Of a stretch of DNA of 64,000 nt, positions 24,926-38,614 are shown one piece after another. Source of the stretch: Cercozoa sp. M6MM (lineage: Eukaryota; Protista; Endomyxa: Ascetosporea); assembly GCA_040357565.1 (NCBI GenBank), contig JBDODJ010000029.1, one strand, 5' to 3'. The position numbers were made by a program, and so were the translations under genes. Within the stretch, counting starts at the first letter, position 1. Every line of letters begins with the position of its first letter. The notes beneath the pieces were generated by a model. It had not been told where the DNA came from and did not search any database. It was given only the letters and a program-made list of their open reading frames with translations.

Positions 24926-26928
24926 TTTCTCTTCGCTTGGCAAGTCATTTTCGCGCTTCTCACCCTGCACAGAAGTCAAGGTAAGCAAGATATCCACAAG
25001 CTCTGAAAGGAAAGCACTGACAATTTCACTTTTTCGCAGAGAAAATAAAATAAACTGGCCCGAGCAAACCAGCGAAAAAGGGAACCCCGCATTAGACAAG
25101 GTAACTTTTGAAACAGCAAAGGACACTTGAATGAAACGCACAGTTTTGTACTTACTGCTTACTGCGAGAGCGTTTGTGGAAAAATGTCAATATATCGCTC
25201 ATGTCATGTACCAACGTGAAAAATCTCACCCTCCTCGCAAACTTAGAGAGTGACAAACCAAAGCATGTTCAATTTGGAGAAACGAAACCCTAGCTTCGGG
25301 CCCTGTCGGTCCATCATTCGTCGGAAATCAAAGTGGGAGAAACTCCAAGCCCATTTGACATGAAACGCACCAGTGCTGTCTGAGATTCGTTCGCTGACAT
25401 CCTTTTGCTCGCACTGATGCCTTGCAGGGCACCACAACTCTCTGACTTTTGAGGACGGCATTCGTGTCACACTCGCGCCTGTGCGAGCGGACGCATCACA
25501 ATTATACCAAAAACCAAAGATACCAAAACGACGGTGCATACCAAGATATTAAAGTCCGCCAAACAACTAGAAATAATTGAAGCACACATCGGCACTGATC
25601 TATTCATGTGATCAAAAATACCCGCACTCAAGGTNNNNNNNNNNNNNNNNNNNNNNNNNNNNNNNNNNNNNNNNNNNNNNNNNNNNNNNNNNNNNNNNNN
25701 NNNNNNNNNNNNNNNNNNNNNNNNNNNNNNNNNNCAAGTTTTGTCTTCCACTGCCACAGCACACAGATATGAGTGAGTGATCGGACTCGAGGAAGTAGCA
25801 TTCATGGCCGAGCGGTCCAAGAACTCGAGTAGAGTAAAGCAGGGGAGAATCCCAATCGGCAGAAGAAACTACCTTCATGGTGGCGTAGTAGTGCCGGCCG
25901 GCAGGATTCGCTGAAGTTCCGCGGGTCGGCGTTCGTGTCCATGTTGGACTGCCCATGGCACACAGCACAAGTGCAACAACAACAACAACAACAACAACAG
26001 CAACACCAGCTACTCAAACATAATCACGAGCCGGAGTGACTAGACTGCAAGCACCATGGTCTCGTTCGTTGTTTGTAAGTCTTTTCTGTCAAACAAGGCA
26101 AAATTCGAGTTCATCTCGAAAAAACGCGCCACAACACAAGACTCAGAACAGAAAACAAAAAACACGCGCACCTCAGGGCGTGACGCTCGCTGTCGGCGGG
26201 CGTGTTCTGGCGCTTAGTTAACTCAGTAGTTATCCTATACAACTATCCTAACACAAATCGGTTGTGGTTTGGGCGTTTGCCGGTGTGCACATTCTGACCC
26301 GTCTGCTTTGAGGCTGCTGCGGTCACTGACCCGGCGGTTTCTGCGAAGGTTTAGGCCTCTAGGACTCGCGACAACCACAATGCCTGATGCGGTTTCGTGC
26401 GTACAGATTGCTGATGCACGAATTGTGGCGATTACAGCACGCCAGAATTGCCGAAATGCGCAAAATTTGTCTAAGTGGAGAACACTGATCTCGAGAAGAA
26501 CAGTGCCACCCAGACACTGGGCAGCGACATTTCTCGCTTTCGCTCTCGCAGTACGTTGTGTACGAGCGAGTTTAAGCATACCTAATGCAATATCAGTTAA
26601 CACTGCATTCTACCAATGCTATCGTATACTCTAAATAGGCACTCTGCGGCCGAGTTGTTTTTGCGTTAAAGCCGTGCCCTGTGTTCTGGCCGGTTTTACA
26701 CTACGTAGCTGTGTGTGCACCAAATGTAGCGCTAGTGAGTATACTCGATAGACGCATCAAACGCTTCTGTGTCTTTTCCGGATGTATGCTTGATCAGCGC
26801 ATGCTCGGGCCGAAAGAGACACCGAATCAAGCCGAGCCAGGCTACAGTACGCCACGGTTATGCAACGGAACGAGTGTAAACAACGACTGGCAACAGCCGA
26901 GTTATGGCATGACGGCAGGGCGAGGAGC

Positions 26929-28477
26929 TCACACGACATCAGGCGTGCCAGAATGATGGAAGTCGCGCTTGCCGCCGGTCTTCCAGAGCAGTCGCGTGTC
27001 TCGCACCACGATACGAGCACTGAGTGCCTTGGTCATGTCGATGGCCGCCTGCGCACATGAGGAAAGACATACCTGCCCTGTCCTCGCCTCGAACAGAGAA
27101 GAGCTCCATACCAAAGCAGCCATGGAAGCGCCGACAAAGGCTTCCATTTCGACTCCCGTGCGATGCGTGGTCTTGACAGTGCAGTCGATGGCGATGTCCA
27201 CAGTGCCATCCGAGACAACACCGTCAGAGGGTGCCGAAAGCACATGCACCGCAAACCCGACCTTGTCAATCGGCAGCTGGTGACAAAACGGCAGCAGCTG
27301 CCAGGTCTGTTTGGCTGCCTGCTCAAACAGTGATTTCACCCAGTGTATTGCCACACAAACACGCACTCAAAAACTTCCAATGCACCTGGGTGCCGGCAAT
27401 GATTGCAGTGGCAAAGACGGGTCCCTTCTTGCCGACCAGTTCGAGCTGGCCGTCCTGATCGTCTCCACCCAGGTGCTCGAACACGTGCCGCGGCAGCGAC
27501 AGCACCGAGCGCGCGCAAGCTTCGCGCACCGTGTCTCTCTTCTGCGAAACGTCGCTGCACTCACAACCAAATCCCGTTTGGACACCATCCACATCCTTAA
27601 GCACTAGTACAGTCCACGTACACCATGGTCGGCAATCCGGTAGTAGCGTCGACGTGCGTAAGACCGGTGCTGTTCCTGTCACTGATGAGGGTACTATTGT
27701 CACTAGAACGCGCGTCACCACTACTATCACTGCTACTAATACTGCTCGCGATCGTGCTGACTGGTGCCGCCCACTGGTTCAGCCGCCGATCGTGATCATA
27801 GGACGGTTCTTGCTTTGCGCAATCACCTGCATGCCTTTCACACAGTCCGTAGCATACAGTCCGTAGCATAGACAGCAGGAGGGAGAGGAGGGCGCGCCCT
27901 AGGGCAGAGCGGGAAGGAAAATATACCGGCATGCCCAGGTGCCTTGTTGTTGACGGCAGCGTCGATGATGTGCAGCAACTCGCTGTCCGAGCTTCCAAGG
28001 CGCATGGCATCGCGTAGCGACACCTCGTCGCTGCCAAAAAGACAGGTCTTGAGCGCACCGTCGGCCGTCAGTCGCAGGCGCGAGCAGCCGCCGCAGAAGG
28101 ACTTGGTCTGCAACAACAGCATAGGGTAGGGTAACATGAAAGGTAGGCCGCGGGCTTATTTACGAATAACGGTACCATGCTGCTAATGAGGCCGATACGA
28201 CCGGACCACTCGGTACCGGTGTGCACGTCGCGCACCTTGTACACGCGTGCCGTCGAGTCAGCCGCTGTCTGCTCGGGCAGAATGCTGCAGCATGGCAAGA
28301 GTAAAGGTGCAGACAGGGCGAACACATAGAGCAACGGTACAGACGCTCGCCGTCGCCGCCGACCAAACGGTGCCGACGCAAATGCGACAGCAGCTCGGCG
28401 TGCGGCACCATGGTGTGCTCGTGCCACTTGTTGCTGTCGAACGGCATGAACTCAATGAAGCGTACCTATAGCAACAG

Positions 28478-28528
<51 letters not shown>

Positions 28529-28538
28529 NNNNNNNNNN

Positions 28539-28586
<48 letters not shown>

Positions 28587-29595
28587 GAGGTCACGGAGGA
28601 ACCTACATGGATTGGGAGGGTCTCAGCCAGTGCCGCGAATGCTACATAAATTGTGTGCATTCACAGAGACACAAATGCGCACACACGCATGCACACATGC
28701 TACAAGCAGCCTCGTCGTCGTTGATGCCCCTCATAACGACATTGTTCAGTTTCAGCGAACGCAGGCGACCTTCATGTACCTACAAGAACCCTCCCGGTGC
28801 AACAGTACATTGTCACCAAGGCAAGCGAACACACGGCATGCACTGCATCGTCGAGGGCCGACATGATCTTGCCGTGTGCTGCACGAGGCCGGCGCGACAT
28901 CTGTTCGAACCGGTCAGGACGCAGCGTGTCGAGCGACATGTTGATACCGTCCAAACCAGCGTTTAGCAGGGCGTCCTATCAAGTAACGAGTAGCCACATC
29001 ACATGGTATGACAGAGGGGTAAGTGGCACAGAGAGTGTCTATACCAAGCGACGTGCAAGAACGACGCCATTCGTGGTCATGGCGATGGTCTCTACGCCCT
29101 CTGACCTCAGGTCGTTGATATCGCTGACAATGTCGCACAGGTCGCGACGCACCAGCGGTTCTCCTCCTGTCAGTCGGATCTGCTTGCACAGGCATGGGTA
29201 CCCACATCATACAGGTCAACCAACCGATTGGGGTGACACACCTTTTGGACGCCAGCAGAGACAAAAAGACGCGTCAATCGACTTAATTCGTCTCTCGTCA
29301 GTAAATCACCTGTCTGCACAGTAACGACATAAATACACCAGGGTGTGCCAAGTAAGGAAAGCAATACAGGCGTCAAGTCCACGCCCTGCTCTGGCATGCA
29401 GTAGCGGCATCGTAGATTGCATCGCTCCGTCAATGAGATGCGCAATGAGTCGTGAAACCGTCCGTGCGTGTCTTGCAGCACGTTCTACACCAGAGAAATC
29501 CAGCCATCAGCCGAAACACCAGCTGAACAATGAACAGTGCGAAATCATTGGCACACCGAGAATGAGCGCGCTCCACGCCGCACAACTCCTCGCAT
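26929..29595 (-). CDS. MOCS1: Molybdenum cofactor biosynthesis protein 1, bicistronic: MoaA (29595-27779) followed by MoaC (to 26929)
   Basis: Arg-rich leader [13 protein letters not shown]. Radical-SAM motifs [49 protein letters not shown], ending [10 protein letters not shown]. MoaC motifs [41 protein letters not shown]. Confidence 0.96.
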
Positions 29596-30018
29596 CTCTG
29601 ACAGGTAGTGCGGAGCCACAACAACAGCAAGCACTCCAGCACTGCCAGTGGGACCGCCAGAGAAAGAGAAGAATAATAAACACTCAACAACAGCCAACCA
29701 AATTATCATCTTTGTCAACTTCAAGTTGGATTGTGAACAACAGCTTGAAATTGCCTCTGCTTCAAATTATGCACTCTGACTGTGCTGTGTTTTCGTTGAA
29801 TTTCGCACCGAACCTCCAAAAGTTGACTTTTCGAAACTGTAGTTGAGGAGAGAATTGTAGCTATGAGACAGGTAAAGGACTATTGCAAGCAGCGACGGAG
29901 AGGGAGCGGCGACAAGACGACCGAAGAAGAAATAAATCGAGTGTATGTACAAAGGTCTCGTCCGTTCAGGTTGCCGTGCGTCACGCAGTGCGCTGAGTTC
30001 AAAGTGAATGAGGCTGTC

Positions 30019-30492
30019 TCATTGCGGCGCCACCGAGGTGCCGTTGGAGTCCTGCTGGGTGGCACGGGTTCGCGCGCGGCGTCGCTCCTCGCGAAGTGCC
30101 TGGCGCTGCTTGTAGAGTTCGACCGGCGACGCGATGTCGTCGTTGTTCCAGTAGTTGTGGCCGTTGTGCCAGTCGCCTGCACAGAAATAGTAAGTTAAAG
30201 GGATACAGTAAAATTTTAGTTTCCGTGCACTGTCCACCTGTACAGTCAGCAAGTGCTGTGCTGTACACTGGCAGGAAAAACGATCGATACCCTTCCAGAC
30301 GCCGACCTGCTGGCAGCCCACGAAGAAAGCGACTGTGAAGACGCATGTCATGGCGTAGCCCACCTTCTTGCTGGTCTGCACACAGACACACGTCGCCATT
30401 GCTGCATGCACACTCAGACACTGCAATCACTGCAGTCGTTGTGATTCGCGAGTGCGAGAATGGACGGGTTGAATTACCTTGTAGCTCAACAT
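30019..30492 (-). CDS. Small (85 aa) single-TM protein, copy A, 3 exons
   Basis: MLSYK|TSKKVGYAMTCVFTVAFFVGCQQVGVWKG|DWHNGHNYWNNDDIASPVELYKQRQALREERRRARTRATQQDSNGTSVAPQ*. Two GT-AG introns keep the frame. Confidence 0.75.
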
Positions 30493-30825
30493 GGTGTCGG
30501 TGAGGAGTAGTGGTGGTGTGATGCGAAGTGAGTGGAGTGACCGAAGCGTTGTTCGATACACCAAAGCGCTGTCAAGTGTGTGAAAACACGAGAAAACAGA
30601 AAACAAAGTTGTGTGTGAGATTCGCTTTGCTCGGCAACGGCGACTTTCCTCCAAAAACTGCCGGTGATCTCCGAAACTCTCCGATCGGAAATTCCCCGAC
30701 TGGCACACGTGCCACCGGCCGTTTCATGATCAGACGGAATCGCTGTCAAGTCGCGGCTGTTGTGTGCACGGTGCACAACGCAAGTTGATCTGAGATGCTC
30801 TTTGCTGGCTTGCCAGGCGTTTGCT
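30019..30825. repeat. Left arm of ~800-bp inverted repeat
   Basis: Reverse complement of 33384-34189 with only scattered substitutions and at least one 1-nt indel. Confidence 0.95.
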
Positions 30826-30992
30826 TTGTTTTGCTATTAGGCAGCCTGACAGTAATTTAGCGTGCAATTGTTCTCGACTGTCAGTTTTTATGCGGACAAA
30901 GTGTACCCAACAACGCTGAACCACCAAATCGACCAAGGCTAATTAAGGCAGTTAATGTGCTGGCAAAAGGAGACTTCGCCTGGCGCGATCGG

Positions 30993-33088
30993 TCAAGACT
31001 GCTCTGTACGGTGCGAGCGTGCGCGGGTTAGAGTCGCGGTCTGACGCTGCTGCGACAGCGAGTGTTGCCGCCCAGCGAACCGTTGCTGCCGCTGTCGTTG
31101 GGTTTGCCCGCGTGGAGGCGAAGACTGCGACTGACCCTGGGGGTGGTAGAGGGACTGACCTGGCGCCTGCGGTAGACTCGGATTCTGGATCTGCGAGGCA
31201 GTTCGCCGCTTTTTCAGGTTCACGCGCTGGCGCGAGACCTGCCAACTCGTGACGCAGTGCTCTGTTTTGAAAGTGTAAATTCTGTCAGCAGGGTCCAAGT
31301 AGTACACGCGGAGAAAGAGGGAAGAGGGGGAGAGAGAGAGAGAGAGAGAGAGGGGTACCGACTTTGTGGCGAAAGAGTTCCGTGAGAGAGGCGACACGCG
31401 TCTTGCAGTACACGCACTGCATGCGCGCAATCTCGACCTGCTCGTTGACGACGTAGCGCATGCCGTCACAGTACATACGCGCGAAGAACCAACACGCCAT
31501 CTGCGACAGCAGGTTCGGTGTGCGGTCGGCCGAGACGCCGCTGTGACGGCACAGGCGGCGCGCCACACGCTCGTCCAGCACGGGTGACACCTCGAAGCGC
31601 TTCTGCTCTTGCGTATAAAGTTACAATCTAGTTCACTGGCAAGCGGGATTGTACCTGCATTTCGAAAAAGAGACGCGAGGAGATGCCAGTGAGGTGCCGC
31701 TCCAGCTCGAGCAGCGTGTCGAGCAGCGCCTGCTCCTCCATGCTGCGTACCTGCGCTTTGACCTCTGGCCGCAGCAACGTGTGCGGGTCTGCTGGTGAGG
31801 CCTGAGAGGACAGCGACGACTGCGACGACGGGTGCGTTCGCTGGCGCTTGCCGCTCGACTGCGTTGATGACCTGAGCGTTTCAATGTGGATTGAGAGACA
31901 TACTGTAGGGCAGGGGTCCCGAGAGATACTCATACCGACTACCGCCGCTGCTCTGGTTGTTTGGAGTCGAGTGCAACTGTTGCCGTCGCGACTGCGAGTA
32001 GGACACATACGAAGCCGAGCGACCTTGTTGCTGCTGCGAGCGTTGCTGAGAACTCAACTGCGACTGCAGCTTGGCGCACTGTGCCGCCTTGTCGTGCAGT
32101 TGCTGGCGCAGCTGTTGCAGCTCAGTTTGCTGTTGTCGCAGCGTCTGGCACAACTGCTCGGTCGCGTCATGCCGCTCGGTGAGAACGCCAACTTGGTCGC
32201 GCAACTCGTGCATCAGGTCGAGCATCTCTTGCTGCGCCTTGCTCTTCCTACGAGCGGTACAGAGCAACTTGAAGAGTCGATGGCAAAGCTGGATGTTCAA
32301 GAGAGTGAGATTTACCCGAATACACTGACCGACGCGGCCGCGTCCAGATCGTCGTCGTCGAGAGGAAAGTCGGACACGCAGTCGAAGCGCGGCGAGGCAC
32401 CTCGACTCAGCTCGCCATCTTGCAGCGAGACGCCATCGCTGTCGCCAAAGTTGCCATGCTGTGCACCGGCACCACCGCTAATGGAAGATGACTTGCGCGG
32501 TCGGAAACTGCGTGCGTGGCTCTGTTTGGACTCAACTTCGTGATTTAACTTACTAACCGCCGAGTTGGAAGTGGTGTGCTCAAGCAGATTGAGCGACGCG
32601 ACGGCAAAGGCCTCCTGGAAGGTGGCCGGTACCGTAGAGACGGCTGTCGTTGTCACGGGCGGCACGCTCGTTGCGACACTGTCTGCTACGTACGTATCTT
32701 GTCTCTGACTGTGCTGTCCGGGCATACCAGTCTGCCTTTCCAAGGCGGATTCGGAGCCTTTGTCATGGCTGTGCTGCGACGAGCGCTGCATCCTTACTGC
32801 ATCGGACTGCTCGCGCGACCACGTGGAACTGTTGGAGCGGTTTTCGTCACCGGCGGAACTCTTGCACTGCTGTTGTGCGAGTATTCTCTCCTGACTGCTC
32901 AGCAGGACACCCGTGCGTCCATGTGACGTCTGAGAGGAGTTCTGGTTCGGCTGGCATGGTGTCCCTTGCTCCGACTGTGACGACTGCCGTAAGGATAAGA
33001 TCTTCTCCTCTGTCTCGGTTTTGCTTGAGTTTGCTTTTTTCCACTTCGCCAGACGGTGAGACACATTGCTGCCGCGTGAATCAAACAT
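30993..33088 (-). CDS. Low-complexity/coiled-coil protein with one C2H2 zinc finger
   Basis: Long Ser/Gln-rich exon, coiled coil (EQLCQTLRQQQTELQQLRQQL), and intron-split CVYC-x12-H-KVE-H (CVYCKTRVASLTELFRHKVEH). Confidence 0.7.
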
Positions 33089-33383
33089 CGCTCGCAAACG
33101 AAGCAACCCAAGCACAGAGAGCGCCAATAAGACTCGGCACTCACTCGGGCGTAGCTATGGTATGCTTGTGTTGCAGCAACAACTTGGAACTCAATTCACT
33201 CAGCAGAACCCACGAGGGCCGAGTGTCTACGAAGAATGCCAAGCCTGTTTACTGCTCTGGGAAGAAGTAATGGATAACCGAGTCGATCCACGCGGAGAAG
33301 CGAAAGTAGAAGAATAAATAAGACGGCTTCTGTGACTTTATTATGGAAACAAAGCAGCCTGCGCTATCGACAGCTTCAGTGAT

Positions 33384-34189
33384 AGCAAATGCCTGGCAAG
33401 CCAGCAAAGAGCATCTCAGGTCGACTTGTGTTGTGCACGGCGCACACAACAGCCGCGACTTGACAGCGATTCCGTCTGATCATGAAACGGCCGGTGGCAC
33501 GTGTGCCAGTCGGGGAATTTCCGATCGGAGAGTTTCGGAGATCACCGGCAGTTTTTGGAGAAAGTCGCCGTTGCCGAGCAAAGCGAATCTCACACACAAC
33601 TTTGTTTTCTGTTTTCTCGTGTTTTCACACACTTGACAGCGCTTTGGTGTATCGAACAACGCTTCGGTCACTCCACTCACTTCGCATCACACCACCACTA
33701 CTCCTCACCGACACCATGTTGAGCTACAAGGTAATTCAACCCGTCCATTCTCGCACTCGCGAATCACAACGACTGCAGTGATTGCAGTGTCTGAGTGTGC
33801 ATGCAGCAATGGCGACGTGTGTTTGTGTGCAGACCAGCAAAAAGGTGGGCTACGCCATGACATGCCTCTTCACAGTCGCTTTCTTCGTGGGCTGCCAGCA
33901 GGTCGGCGTCTGGAAGGGTATCGATCGTTTTTCCTGCCAGTGTACAGCACAGCACTTGCTGACTGTACAGGTGGACTGTGCACGGAAACTACAATTTTAC
34001 TGTATCCTTTAAACTTACTATTTCTGTGCAGGCGACTGGCACAACGGCCACAACTACTGGAACAACGACGACATCGCGTCGCCGGTCGAACTCTACAAGC
34101 AGCGCCAGGCACTTCGCGAGGAGCGACGCCGCACGCGAACCCGTGCCACTCAGCAGGACTCCAACGGCACCTCGGTGGCGCCGCAATGA
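33384..34189. repeat. Right arm of ~800-bp inverted repeat
   Basis: Reverse complement of 30019-30825. Confidence 0.95.
33716..34189 (+). CDS. Small (85 aa) single-TM protein, copy B, 3 exons
   Basis: Same structure as copy A. Differs by V17L and one A->T change near the C-terminus. Stop TGA at 34187-34189. Confidence 0.75.
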
Positions 34190-34538
34190 TCGTGTACCCA
34201 GTCGACGCAGGACTGCGCACGGGTGCATGTACATACACACCCACTTCACGATTTATCCCATCCCCACCCGCCCGCTGGTCGCGTACCCACACTGAACTCA
34301 GTTCTTCGCATTTCATTTCACCTGTTTCATAGCACACTTTTTACAATCTATCCCACTAAGTTGAGGACTTAATATTGAAGCCAAGTCGTGTCCGATCGTG
34401 TCGGTAGTAAGTAGACGGCGGCATAGGACCGCACACTGGCGTCGATTGTCGCTGTTGGTCCGAAGTCAGTTGTTTGTTTTCCGTGCAAGCACTGTGTAAC
34501 TGACACCGACCGCAGCTACTAGCCTAGTGCAGTTAAGT

Positions 34539-37056
34539 TCAGTAGCCACGAGCTCGCTTGCGGGTGCCGGGACGTGAGGTCACAGCAGCGGCGGGACCGT
34601 TGTCGTCGACGACGTTTACATTGTTGCCGACAGTCTTGCGCGACTGCAGACGCACCGGCGCGAAGCACGCGGCACCGACGCCGCCTTGACCATCGACCTC
34701 GCTGCAGGGAAAGCACACACACTTAACACACACCACAGACACAGACACAGAGCGTACGCGGCCAGGTCGTCGCCCAACAAGCAACGGATGGCTTCCAGGC
34801 GATCGGCAGACGGTGTTATCTGTCGGGATATTTGTATAATTTCTAGGATTTTCCAAGAGAGCACGTACCCTCGGTTCGTCAGCAGTGAGTACTCGCCACA
34901 GGGACGGTGCAGGGCCCGTGGCCCAGCTACACACAGACAAATCTATCTGGTATCTAATCTTGCAGGTTAGTGTCGACTTGGGAGTGTGAAACTACCTCGG
35001 CACACGACGCGACTCGGGCCAGCGCATCTCGTAGATTTCGCGCACCAGGCGCACCTGCACTTGAAAGTTACACGTGTGCACATACCTCATCCACCCGTGT
35101 GAACAAAAGGAAGCTACGACTTCAAAGTCCTCATGCGTTGTCATCATCTTCCACAGCGACTCACCCTGGGAGTAGGAGCAAATGGCAGAAGGATATCAGG
35201 AGTACTATGGTAGCAGAAGTGCAGTACTACAGCAGTACTGCAACTAGGTATAGTACCAGTGCAGCGATGCCAATGTCCCGCAGCGTCGGCGGTCCGCGCG
35301 ACAGCTGCAGCTGTTGCGTCAGCGACAGAATGCGCCTTGGTGGTCGGCGAACGAAGCGCAGTGTTTTGCTGTTGCGTGCATGTGTCCATGTCAGCACAGT
35401 CATAAACACGCAAGGTACCTCATACGTTTGGCACGCTCAAGCACGCGAGTCTGCAGTGCATCCGCCTCCTTGACCTTACCCATGGTACGCAACTGTGCGC
35501 ACACACAAGATACAACAACCTACATTGAGGGCACACTGGAACTGAGGCAGCTACATGCTTGATCTCTCGCACACGGTCGTGCAGTTCAGCGCGCATGATC
35601 TGGTCACACACGGAGAGAAGTAGAGAGGTAGAGAGGTAGAAACAGCAGGAGACACACATACACACACACACAATATATATTATATATATATTATATATAT
35701 ATATATATATATATTGTAGAAAGAGACCTTCTCGGCACGCTCATCGGCCTGCCCGGCCTGAAAAAGCTGCCACTGCTCGTCGTAGCGAATCTCGCGCCAC
35801 ACTTGAACCCAACTGCCAGAGAGGGTAAGGGTAAGGAAAAGGGTACAAGCAGCGGTAGGGTAGGGTAGGGCAGGGGTAGAACTAGGGGAGGGTAGAATAG
35901 GCTAGGGATATGCTAGGGGGCAGAGGGTGGTGCGGGTAGGGTTAGAGGTAGGGTACCGATGCAGCATCTGCCGCTGCACGGTAAGATCGGGCTCCATGGC
36001 CCACCACCTTCAGTCACCATCCATCACTCACAACCACAAAAACAACAACAACAGCAACAGCAACGGTAGGCAAAAGAGGCACACCGAGGCAGCCACTGCA
36101 GCGCCGCTGGTGCAGCACCCGTCAGCATGCGCACCAGCGCCTCGAACGCCGCCACTCGCACCTACCCAAGGGTGTAAGGATGGGTCCAGGAAGGGGTAAA
36201 ATTAGAAGTACCGAGGCAGGGTTCGACGGCTGCAGGTAACTCACGAAGTCGACGCCGACGTCGGCATGCCGCACCTGCAGATTGAACAGCAGCAGCGACA
36301 GCGCACGCAATGCACCGCAAGTGACCACATGGTCCTGCGACGGTTGGATCTGCGATCGTACACACACACAAACACAGTGAGTGGGTGGTCACACAGTGAC
36401 CGTTACACAGGGAAGTGCACCCGTTCATGCCGCAGCAGGTCGGTCAGTAGCGCCACGATGTGCCGCAGCACGGCGCGCGTGTCGTCCGCCTCGGCCAGCG
36501 GCGCCGTCTCGCCCGTCGACACTCTGGGGTAGAGGGGTAGGGGGTAGGGGTAGGGGGTAAAGGAGGATGGGGTAAGTAGGAACAGGTACGCCTGGTCGAG
36601 GTCGCCCGTGTTGACACTAGCAGCGGCAGGGTCGGCACTGGTTGGTTTGGAAGAGGTCATGCCAATGCCCAGGAAGTCAACTCGGCGTCGCTTGATTGGT
36701 GTGTCCTTGACTGAACATAGGCACATATACAGACATACATCATACATACCTATACATATATACGTATAGAGATCGATAGCAGTAGCTAAACTACCGATCT
36801 GCGAGGTGAAAGCGTCGCGCAGCTGCTCGAGTCGCGTCGGCGTGCGTGTCTCTGCAGGCGTGGCTCCAACTGCCGACGCCGACTGCTGCTGCTGCTGCGA
36901 GAACTCCCGTTCCATGGCACGCTGCAGTCCGAGGTCGTCGTCGCCTGGAGTGGCTGCACATACATATACACATACATACACATACATGCACACTGACATA
37001 GATAAATAGATAAATAGATATATGAATACATAGACACAAATATATAGATCCTAGAT

Positions 37057-37087
<31 letters not shown>

Positions 37088-38561
37088 CCTATAGATAGAA
37101 ACATAGACACATAGATACAACAGACACATACAGACACAACCCCTTAAGTACCAGATTTGGAGGCTGCTGACTCTGCTTGCAGTGTCTACTCCCAAACATA
37201 CCACACACGTGCACACACGCATGCCAAACTAACACACAGAGAGGAGGGTGGTGGATACACTCAGCAGGCGCGACGGTGCGCGCATGAAGGGCAGTGGTTT
37301 CGCATCAAACCGGACCGTACCGAGTGCCTGTCGGTTTAGACAATAAGTGTGTACACACAGACACAGACACAGACACACAGACACAGACACACAGACGTCA
37401 AAACTCTGGCGTGTACCATGCACAAGGTGGCGCGCCAAAAATCGTCGTTCGGCAGACGACCAGTGCCGATCTTTTCTGCAGCGAGGGGGTATAGAGGGGG
37501 TAAGAGACGGTAAAGAAGGAGGTTAATAGAGAGGAAAGAGGGGTGAACGGGTGGTACCGCGGTAGTTGTCGCGCAGCAAACGCAGCAGCAGAGTGGCCTA
37601 ACACACGTCATCGTCCGCATCCGTCAGTCAAGGGGCAAGGGGAGGGCAGGGGTGAGGGGCTACCACCGAGATAGGCGTCGTGTGTGATAGCGTTTCCATC
37701 GTGGTCAGTGCACGCACCAGTCCCTGTCGAGGTACACACGGACGGACAGTCACGGTACAGATGGACACACACAGTACAAATGGGTACACACGAGTACAGA
37801 CAGACAGACACAAGGAGCCCTCACCTTGGCCAGCATCATCGAGGCCGGCTCGCGCAGGAATTCGACGTTGTTGCGCACGCGACCGTCCTCGCAGCACAGT
37901 CTGCCACGGGGAGGGATAAAGGGGTAAAGGGGTAAGGGGCAAGGGGTAAGGGGCAAGGGCAAGGGGGAAACTAAAACTACGACGTCAGCGCATCAACGAG
38001 CGTGTTTTTGACGGCATCGCGCACACCAGAACCGCCTGCAAACAATTATCAAGATATACAAACATTTATACATCAGTAAATATAGATAGAAATGTATTAA
38101 AACAATTTAAAAAAACATAAATACCGTAAATACATTCATTTAGATATGAGCATATAAACACATCAATATATAAAATATATAAATCCATACAAACGTGCAT
38201 TAATATACATATTTGAAAAATATAAATGCATAATCTTGGCATACAGACACACACAGATAGAGCGTACGTAGTCGCGCCAATGCCAGAGCCGCACTGGTGC
38301 GCACACGCACAAAGTCTGCCTCACGGGGGGAGTAAAGCGGGTAGGGGTACACGGAAGGCAGAGAAAGGCTACTCGAGTCGTCATTGATGGTGTCGGCCAA
38401 CAGAGCGCCAGCGGTCTCGTCTGCACCACAGTCACGCACGTGTCCAGTCAGTGGTCACCTCAGGCAATGATCAGCGACTACGTGGGTAGAGACAGGAAGG
38501 TACCATCCAACGCGCCGAGTGAGCACACAAAATCGAGGTGTGCCACCACGTCCTTCCGACT

Positions 38562-38614
<53 letters not shown>

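Noticed and set aside
25243-26900. ORFs upstream of Myb
   Set aside because: No recognisable domain, and the region is interrupted by a 100-N gap. More likely 5' UTR exons or promoter of Myb.
30019-34189. DNA transposon with long terminal inverted repeats
   Set aside because: The arms are intron-containing host-like genes. There is no DDE, tyrosine recombinase or RuvC motif in the centre and no target-site duplication beyond a chance 2 bp.
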